44,826 bases of DNA from the NCBI GenBank assembly GCA_030606805.1, contig JAUWFS010000003.1, positions 1-44,826 of the forward strand. The letters run 5' to 3'. The notes under the pieces were generated by a model that was not told the origin of the DNA, ran no database searches, and saw only the letters and a program-made list of their open reading frames with translations. Origin of the DNA: Deltaproteobacteria bacterium. GTDB taxonomy: Bacteria; Desulfobacterota; Desulfobacteria; Desulfobacterales; ETH-SRB1. The translations under genes and the position numbers were made by a program. Numbering within the stretch: the stretch's first letter is position 1; each line of letters begins with the position of its first letter. This document shows positions 18,148 through 25,107 of the stretch, piece by piece.

Positions 18148-18300
18148 TTTTTCGCTCATTCCCAGGACTATCACATGGTGCAATACTCCAAAGGCCTGTC
18201 CGCCATCGGCTTTGCCTTCAGTGGAGTTCACAACCCAAACCGTAAAACCAACAGCGTACTGAACAATTCTTCTTGTAACGCTTCCGATAAAGAATTCCTT
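18148..18300 (-). pseudogene. Chimeric remnant: Usp C-terminus followed in frame by a RAYT-like N-terminal motif
   Basis: One frame reads KEFFIGSVTRRIVQYAVGFTVWVV-NSTEGKADGGQAF-GVLHHVIVLGMSEK. Confidence 0.5.
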
Positions 18301-18335
18301 TCAAACAGACTCTAAGGGCTCGTAAAGCTATAAGG

Positions 18336-18507
18336 TGTCCAAAACAATGGACAGTGCCCATGCAAAGACTTCACCTCTACTATTCAACATGGCTGTTAAT
18401 ATCACAGGTTATCGTTTGATGTGTACCTGAGAGCTGCAAAGGATTTTCGGCTGATGAGGGGGCCGCACAAAGTGTCCAAAATAATGGACGGTGTCCAAAG
18501 TTGGTCA
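18336..18507. promoter_or_regulatory. Three palindromic putative enhancer-binding-protein sites
   Basis: TGTCCA-N6-TGGACA (18336-18353), TGTCCA-N6-TGGACG (18473-18490), TGTCCA-N4-TGGTCA (18492-18507). Confidence 0.6.
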
Positions 18508-18724
18508 ATGTGTAAATCCCGAAAGATAATAACGTTTGATAGTTACAGCAATAACAATGGGTTGGGAAATACGATCGACCATGGTTTCCATGGTTTTTTG
18601 GTGTTCCGTCGCCTTCAATGACTAAGGAAAAAGATGGCGTTACTACCGGAGCAGGAAGGCTCACAATCTTTAATTAACTGGCAATACAAGAGGTTATCGC
18701 TTCAGGCCCGATTTGGCTTTTTCC

Positions 18725-18740
18725 TGGCATACTTTCTGCA
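18725..18740 (+). promoter_or_regulatory. Putative sigma-54 -24/-12 promoter
   Basis: TGGCAT-ACTTT-CTGCA fits TGGCAC-N5-TTGCW with correct GG/GC spacing. Confidence 0.6.
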
Positions 18741-18778
18741 ATTCAAACATTCTAATCTATCTGTATTGATCATTGAGT

Positions 18779-19068
18779 TATCAGAAATTTGAAAATTCAA
18801 ATACGAGATTAACCAGAGGCAGCGGGCATTTAAATTTAAGAACGTCTGAAACTCGCGCATAAGTGAGCCTAAATAAAAAAGAGTATTAATATCAGTTAGA
18901 AAAATTAAACGTTATGGCTTGAGTTTATCCTTTTAACAAAAATATACAAAAGTGCCTCTTTTTTCTTTAGACTCACTAATACGCTCAAACAGTCAGCCGT
19001 TTTAAATTTAAATGCCCGCCACCTCTAATTGTTAACAAGTTACTTTTGAGTTTTTAAATTTCTGGTTA
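18779..19068 (-). mobile_element. ~290-bp nested-palindrome element with core B
   Basis: IR pairs CAGAAATTTGAAAA/TTTTTAAATTTCTG and GCGGGCATTTAAATTTAA/TTAAATTTAAATGCCCGC; minus-strand core ACTGTTTGAGCGTATTAG...CTTATGCGCGAGTTT. Confidence 0.75.
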
Positions 19069-19187
19069 TAGATTTTCAGATAATTAATTTCACAAGATCG
19101 GAAGAAGAAATCCGAGCAATGCGTACTTATTTGTACTTGGTTGAGGGTTTCGACTGATAACGCCGTGAACTTATTTGTGAAGATTTA
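19067..19187 (-). mobile_element. Family T element, divergent inverted copy 3 with a different centre
   Basis: TATAGATTTTCAGATAATTAATTTCACAAG...CGACTGATAACGCCGTGAA matches the reverse complement of copies 1 and 2. Confidence 0.7.
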
Positions 19188-19214
19188 CACCATATATTGA
19201 ACAGGGAAAAACCT

Positions 19215-19601
19215 ATGGCGCACAAGCTACTGGTCGTTGATGATGAGGAGAATATGTGTGTGCTTTTGAAACGTGTACTCGGCAAAGCGGGTTACGAAGT
19301 TGAATGCGCGGTGTCAGGGGAGAAGGCTCTGCAACTCGCAGGGGAAACCTCCTTTGAGCTTGCCGTGGTCGATGTTTGCATGCCGGAGATGGACGGAATA
19401 GAGGTACTTGCAAGGCTCAAGACCATTGATAAAAAATTGCCGGTAATAATGACATCGGCCTTTCCGTCATCGGAAAAGATAGAAAGGGCCAAGAGCTTTG
19501 GATGTTTAGACTATCTGTCGAAACCGGTCGACATGAAACACTTAAAAGAGCTTATCAGAAAAAGACTTCAGGAATCGTCGAATTGTAGAGTGGGGAAATA
19601 A
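19215..19601 (+). CDS. Single-domain response regulator
   Basis: LLVVDDEE, DVCMPEMDG, IMTSA, YLSKP. Confidence 0.9.
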   Translation: MAHKLLVVDDEENMCVLLKRVLGKAGYEVECAVSGEKALQLAGETSFELAVVDVCMPEMDGIEVLARLKTIDKKLPVIMTSAFPSSEKIERAKSFGCLDYLSKPVDMKHLKELIRKRLQESSNCRVGK

Positions 19602-19995
19602 TTGCATGACGATTCATCATATTAGAAGTTGACCACTTGACGAGGTCTGAACTTTGTAAAATTAATGATTAATAGATCAACCAACAACGGAAACGGAAAA
19701 CGTGGGGGAAGGGGGTGATGATGGGGTACTGACTTGGTCTATCATCTTCTGTCCATCAAAGACGGATATCAACTTTAGTTCGTATTGCATCATCCGGAAT
19801 GCTGCACCGACGAGCTTTACAATTGCCCATTCTCGCGCATAATGATTTTCTGCTCCAGCATTACTGAAATCGAATTTTGGTGGTCAAAAAATGTTTTAAT
19901 AGGGGGAGGCAAACGATTTTTAGGTATCTTACTGATTTTATTATTAATTTTCTAAAGAATTTTTGACAATACTGCATCAAGGGTAAGGAGGAAAA

Positions 19996-21579
19996 ATGTT
20001 TCTCAAGAACAAAGGAGTCCAGCTTGTTTTTGCAATATGCCTTGGTATTATCGTCATGTTGTTACCAAGACCTGAGGGAACAAAATTTACAATAACCGGC
20101 GCTGAGCGTGACACAGCGTTTCAATCCATTAGTCAACACTTTACAGACATCTCTACGGAACGGGATATTGCCAAGGGAATTATCAAAGTAGAGGCAAAAG
20201 TTCCTGGAGGCCCGGAGTGTTCAGCCGATTTCATACAGAACAAGGTTGCAGAACTGAACCTCGCAGAAATTGAGGTCAATTATGAGGATGGTCTTTCTCC
20301 AAGGGCACACAGGTTTCTCGCAGTCCTTGTATTACTGATCTTTCTCTTTGTGGCGGAACCGATCCCGCTTGAGATCACGGCCATCTGCATTGCGGTTTTT
20401 CTTGTAATCATGCAGGTTGCGACTGTCAAGGAGGCATGGGCGCCCTATATGCATCCTGTGGTCGTCTTTATTATGTGCTGCCTTATCTTCGCCATCTCCT
20501 TAGACAAGGCGGGGATCACAGTGCGGCTTGGAAAATTCATTGTCAAGAAGGCGGGGACGAGCGTTACCAAGTTTACGTTTATCATCGCCATGGGCCTTGG
20601 CATTTCATCCGCGTTTATGCATGACGCCGCAGCTTGCGCTATTGGAATTGTAACAATGCTTCCCCTGATGAGGGCGGCAGGCATTGAACCTCACACCAAG
20701 ACTGCAAAATTCATGATGCTCTCACTCCCCTTTGCCTGCTCCTGCGGGGGCATGGGATCATTGGTGGGTGGCGGTCGCTGCATGGTTGCCGCAGCTTTCC
20801 TTAAGGAATTCACGGGACTGGAGATCACTTTCTTTGACTGGATCATGTATTGCTTTCCAGCGGCCCTGATTTGCGTCCCTGTAGTAGTCTTGATTGTCTA
20901 TTTTGTGTACCGACCCAATCCGAAGTACAAGCTGCCCCAGTTCGATGAAGATAGCGGCCCCTTGACCACGCTGGAAAAAAAGACCCTTATTATCATCGGC
21001 ATATCATTCGCCTTATGGCTGACAAAGGGGTTTCACGGCATACACTACTCGGTGACCGGAATGTTGGGTGTTGCCGCTCTCATCCTCACTGGTGTCCTGA
21101 AATGGGAAGATATTCACAAGGATCTCGAGTGGGGAACCGCGCTCTTTATTTTTGGCGGAGGCATCTCACTCGGTCTGGCCATGGGTTATTCAGGGGCTGC
21201 CACCTATTTTGCCAGCCTTTTCTTTCCATATATTCAAGGGGGTGGCTGGCTGCTCCTTTTTGCCGGCGTAGGGATATTTGGCGCGCTTGTGACAAATGCC
21301 ATGGCCAATGTTGCTGCCGCGGCTCTTATTTTGCCCATAGTTATTCCGATGGCGGAATTGGAGGGGGTAGATCCTACGGTACTCGCTCTCTGTCTCGGAA
21401 CAGCGACATCCTTTGCCATGCTTCTCGTTATCGGCTGCCCGCCTAATGCCATTGCTTACAGCTATCGGCAATTCAAGGCGGTTGACCTCACAAGGGTCGG
21501 CCTTGTTGCTACTCCTATTCTGCTCTCCATTCTGATAGCTGTGGCGGCAGTCTGGTGGAAAATTCTGGGGCTGGTATAG
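19996..21579 (+). CDS. DASS/SLC13 family anion transporter
   Basis: EPIPLEIT, many TM helices, TNAMANVAAAA, IGCPPNAIAY; AAGGAGG RBS. Confidence 0.9.
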   Translation: MFLKNKGVQLVFAICLGIIVMLLPRPEGTKFTITGAERDTAFQSISQHFTDISTERDIAKGIIKVEAKVPGGPECSADFIQNKVAELNLAEIEVNYEDGLSPRAHRFLAVLVLLIFLFVAEPIPLEITAICIAVFLVIMQVATVKEAWAPYMHPVVVFIMCCLIFAISLDKAGITVRLGKFIVKKAGTSVTKFTFIIAMGLGISSAFMHDAAACAIGIVTMLPLMRAAGIEPHTKTAKFMMLSLPFACSCGGMGSLVGGGRCMVAAAFLKEFTGLEITFFDWIMYCFPAALICVPVVVLIVYFVYRPNPKYKLPQFDEDSGPLTTLEKKTLIIIGISFALWLTKGFHGIHYSVTGMLGVAALILTGVLKWEDIHKDLEWGTALFIFGGGISLGLAMGYSGAATYFASLFFPYIQGGGWLLLFAGVGIFGALVTNAMANVAAAALILPIVIPMAELEGVDPTVLALCLGTATSFAMLLVIGCPPNAIAYSYRQFKAVDLTRVGLVATPILLSILIAVAAVWWKILGLV

Positions 21580-21686
21580 AAATTGATTCTATCGGTTCCG
21601 TTGATATTGAATATATTAGTTATTTATGGTATGAAACGTGAAATAAAAGAAGTGAAGTGGAATTATTGCTGACAGGTGGCTCCTTT

Positions 21687-21734
21687 GGCCTCCATCCCCT
21701 TGCGGACCGTTTGGTCCTCAGGGTGGTGGGGGGC
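21687..21734 (+). other. GC-rich stem-loop downstream of the DASS gene
   Basis: GCCTCCATCCCCTTGCGGACC-GTTT-GGTCCTCAGGGTGGTGGGGGGC; no U-tract. Confidence 0.4.
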
Positions 21735-21843
21735 AGAAAATTGAAAAAGAGTTGAGCGAAAATTATTGCCTCGACCTGTCAAAATAGATAGTATAATTTA
21801 TTAATGGTTAACCCTTTTGCAAAGACAAAGGAGAGAGAGTACC

Positions 21844-22284
21844 ATGATTAAAATACCAACTAAGGTTCTGGTAGTCGATGATGAGAAAGATTTCGTGGAA
21901 ATGCTTTCCCTGAGATTAAAAGAGATGGGAGAGCAAGTTGAAGCTGTTTACAACGGCCAGGATTGTCTCAACAACTTGGAAGGAAATGACATTGATGTGG
22001 TCATTTTGGACATTAAGATGCCGGGTATGGACGGTATAGAGACATTAAAGGAGATCAAGAAAAGGTTCCCTATGGTCGAAGTCATAATGCTTACAGGACA
22101 TGGCAGTGCGGAAAGCGCTGTGGAGGGGATGAAACTCGGCGCCTTTGACTATCTCTTGAAGCCTGCGGATATAGATAGCCTGACGGAGAAAGTCAATGGA
22201 GCGAGAAAGAGAAAAGAGGAGCATGAAGAGCGGATCAGACAGGCAGAAGTCCGGTTGCTTCTGAGAAAAGTCGGAGAAGTATAA
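21844..22284 (+). CDS. Response regulator receiver protein with short C-terminal helix
   Basis: VLVVDDEKDF, LDIKMPGMDG, MLTGHG, GAFDYLLKP. Confidence 0.92.
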   Translation: MIKIPTKVLVVDDEKDFVEMLSLRLKEMGEQVEAVYNGQDCLNNLEGNDIDVVILDIKMPGMDGIETLKEIKKRFPMVEVIMLTGHGSAESAVEGMKLGAFDYLLKPADIDSLTEKVNGARKRKEEHEERIRQAEVRLLLRKVGEV

Positions 22285-22484
22285 AGATACTCTCCTTTTC
22301 CTTGATCTCCTTACCGGAATCATTATATATCTTCTTACCCCTGACAGGGGGCAGTGGACGAGGGTCTCTTGTATAACAAAATAGAAGAGCCCGATATAGC
22401 AAAAGCGTAAAAGCGGGGAAGTATTCAAAAACCTTCATTTTGCTCATAGCTTATCAGACACTGAGCAGACAGGATGCTCCAAAT

Positions 22485-23657
22485 ATGACGACCACAAGCA
22501 ACATAAACCTTGTTCTTGTTGACGATGAGGCCGATTTTCGGCAGACCCTTGCCAAACGCCTGGCAAGGAGGGACATAGTCCCAAGAGAGGCGGGAACCGG
22601 CGAGGAGTGTTTATCGATCCTTGCAAAGGAACCTGCGGACGTAGTGATTCTGGATGTCAATATGCCCGGCATGAACGGGATAGAAGTTCTTGATCATATC
22701 AAAAAAGAATATCCCAAGACAGAGGTTATACTCCTGACCGGGCATGCAAGCACCCAGGACGGCGTTGAAGGGATGAAGTGTGGGGCCTTTGATTATCTGA
22801 ATAAGCCTGTAGAGCTCGAACATCTCCTTGGGAAGATAAAACAGGCCCACGAAAAGATCAGGCAAGACGAAAAGATCAGAGTGAGTGAAAAAAAACTCAG
22901 AGAGGCAAAATTCAGGGTCCAGATGGGGCAGCAGATGATAGCCGCTGAAAGGCTCGCTTCTTTGGGAACATTGGCGGCAGGAGTCGCGCATGAAATCAAT
23001 AACCCCCTGGCGATCATGACGGAAGCTGCCGGCTGGATGAAGCTAATTCTAAAAAAAGAAAAACCGGCTCAGATGCCTCGAAAGCAGGATTTTGAGCTGG
23101 CCTTGCAGAAAATACAAACCAGCATTGAAAGAGCGAGAAGAATCACGCATCAGCTTCTTGGGGCTGCAAGAAAAGATGATTCGGTACTGGCAGATGTGGA
23201 TCTCAAGAGACTGGTTGACGAAGCTATTGAACTGGTAAGCAGGGAAGCAAAAAACAAAGATGTTGAAATTGTGCAGGAAATAGATCCTTCCGCAGGCATT
23301 ATCTCCAGCTATCTTTACCAGTTGAGACAGGTTATGATTAATTTTTTGACCAATGCTATTCATGCTACCGGGTCTGGTGGCAAGATTACCATAATCATCG
23401 AGGGTATGGATGATAGCATAAAGCTGACAGTGCGGGACACTGGCAAAGGCATCCCCAAAGAGCATATAGAAACGATATTTGAGCCATTTTTTACTACCAA
23501 ATCTCCGGGCGAAGGTACTGGTCTTGGCCTCTTTGTGACTCGCGGCATTATTGAAAAACTCGGAGGAACCGTAGAAGCCGAAAGCCGGCTCGGCGAGGGG
23601 GCAAGCTTTTATGTTGTTTTGCCCAGACAGCATAAATTGCACCTCCATCACAAATAA
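22485..23657 (+). CDS. Hybrid receiver-histidine kinase without sensor domain
   Basis: Receiver (LVDDEADF, LDVNMPG); H-box AHEINNPL; NFLTNA, DTGKGI, FEPFFTTK, GTGLGL. Confidence 0.92.
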   Translation: MTTTSNINLVLVDDEADFRQTLAKRLARRDIVPREAGTGEECLSILAKEPADVVILDVNMPGMNGIEVLDHIKKEYPKTEVILLTGHASTQDGVEGMKCGAFDYLNKPVELEHLLGKIKQAHEKIRQDEKIRVSEKKLREAKFRVQMGQQMIAAERLASLGTLAAGVAHEINNPLAIMTEAAGWMKLILKKEKPAQMPRKQDFELALQKIQTSIERARRITHQLLGAARKDDSVLADVDLKRLVDEAIELVSREAKNKDVEIVQEIDPSAGIISSYLYQLRQVMINFLTNAIHATGSGGKITIIIEGMDDSIKLTVRDTGKGIPKEHIETIFEPFFTTKSPGEGTGLGLFVTRGIIEKLGGTVEAESRLGEGASFYVVLPRQHKLHLHHK

Positions 23658-23670
23658 AGGGGAAAGAGTA

Positions 23671-24660
23671 TTGGCGAAAATTTTGATGGTAGATGATGAG
23701 AAGCACATGCTCAAGCTCTTCATGCTGTTCTGCAAGCGGATACTGAAATATCTGCTTATATCCGTCATCGCACTCTCTTTGCTGATTCTTGAGACCACTG
23801 CCCTTGAGGGAGCCATGCAGGGCGTCTATATGGATAATGACGCCCACTTTGCTATTGTGATTCCCACGGACTTTGAAAAAATGCCGGAAAATCGTCTTCC
23901 CGCTGGTTTACCTGATCATCCGGGATATGGGAAGTGGTACGAAGACGCCATAAAACAGTATGATACGACCTTTGTCTGTCGTGATCGTGAGAATGAAACA
24001 GGCAGAGGAAATAATAGACTTGCCTTCATAGGTATCAAGACTTACAAGCATGAGAAAAAGCGCCTCAAGGTCTTCACGGATTATCTTACGATAGATGAAT
24101 TCTTTAGTCTGAAACAGATCAAGCAATTCAGCAATCTTATAAAAAAAAGACTTATCGAAAAAGGGGCAAAGAATGTCATCGTAGAACCCTCGATCTTGTA
24201 TAAAGACCAGAACAGCTTCGGTTTTGCTTGCAGCTACAGGCTCCCGGAAGGAGTCGAGGCAAAAGAATTCCACAGGGTCTTTTTGGGACGAACCTGCCTG
24301 GTCTATCTTGACCTTTATCTGTTTGCCGCGGGTGATTCCGCCCCATACATAAAGACGTTTCGAAATGTGGCTGATTCACTGGAGTTTGAACCGGGCTTTG
24401 AGGCAAAAGACTCATACGTTGACGCCAGTGTGAAGAAAGTCGGGTCGTATGAGATCTTCGGTATCGGGCTCTACAAGATCGGAGAGTCCCTGATACACAT
24501 TATATTGATAATATTCCTTTTCAACCTGGCGCTTGACTATTTTATTAATCCGAGAAAGATACGTTACAAAGTAGAATTCATTCTAAAAAACAAGAAAAAA
24601 GTGAGGCTTGCAACAGTCCCGGCAGGGATATTGCTGTATCTGTTTTGCAGTTATTTCTGA
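23671..24660 (+). CDS. Hypothetical membrane-anchored protein; starts at TTG 23671 (receiver-like stub) or ATG 23722
   Basis: Signal-like segment, soluble domain, two C-terminal hydrophobic segments; AAGGGG before 23671. Confidence 0.7.
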   Translation: MAKILMVDDEKHMLKLFMLFCKRILKYLLISVIALSLLILETTALEGAMQGVYMDNDAHFAIVIPTDFEKMPENRLPAGLPDHPGYGKWYEDAIKQYDTTFVCRDRENETGRGNNRLAFIGIKTYKHEKKRLKVFTDYLTIDEFFSLKQIKQFSNLIKKRLIEKGAKNVIVEPSILYKDQNSFGFACSYRLPEGVEAKEFHRVFLGRTCLVYLDLYLFAAGDSAPYIKTFRNVADSLEFEPGFEAKDSYVDASVKKVGSYEIFGIGLYKIGESLIHIILIIFLFNLALDYFINPRKIRYKVEFILKNKKKVRLATVPAGILLYLFCSYF

Positions 24661-24677
24661 AACCAATAACTGCATGG

Positions 24678-25082
24678 TCATCTCCCCTTTGCATAAATTA
24701 TTCTATACTGCCAGGGAATCGTTCCGAATGGTTGTCTTGCGCTTGAAAGGTCAATGTACTCGACTATATCCCTTGCCTGTCCAGGAGGAACATCAAGCCA
24801 GATGACCTTGTCCCGTTGCTCAATGATATTGCCGTCTGCATAGTCAAGGAGGGTTATCTCCAACGCCATTTCCGTGAGAACAAGCTCAGTTGATCTGTTT
24901 ATGACTCTTCCCGCTATTCTATGAGAGAACGCACATGGGGGCAAAAGTCTGAAGCCAACCAACTCGATTTCAGTGATCGATATTCTATGCTCTCCGCCAA
25001 AAGGCAAAAGGGAACTCGCTCCCCTGAAGAATATTGCCAGTACAATCAGAAAGATGATAAGTATGATCCATCCTAAGCTCAT
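24678..25082 (-). CDS. Hypothetical protein with N-terminal TM helix
   Basis: 134 aa, hydrophobic N-terminus, beta-rich remainder (VPPGQAR); GAGG RBS. Confidence 0.7.
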   Translation of the reverse strand: MSLGWIILIIFLIVLAIFFRGASSLLPFGGEHRISITEIELVGFRLLPPCAFSHRIAGRVINRSTELVLTEMALEITLLDYADGNIIEQRDKVIWLDVPPGQARDIVEYIDLSSARQPFGTIPWQYRIIYAKGR

Positions 25083-25107
25083 CTTACTATGTCCTCGCCC
25101 GCTGCCG

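Noticed and set aside
18380-18664. Short ORFs 18380-18664 and 18421-18621
   Set aside because: They overlap the putative enhancer sites and have no protein-like features
19605-19990. Riboswitch or small ORF upstream of the DASS gene
   Set aside because: No recognisable aptamer, and all forward frames are short or interrupted; cannot be excluded without an Rfam search
23049-23816. 255-aa antisense ORF and similar overlapping ORFs (31008-31625, 32197-32724, 37171-37692)
   Set aside because: Antisense shadows of well-supported genes with no recognisable motifs
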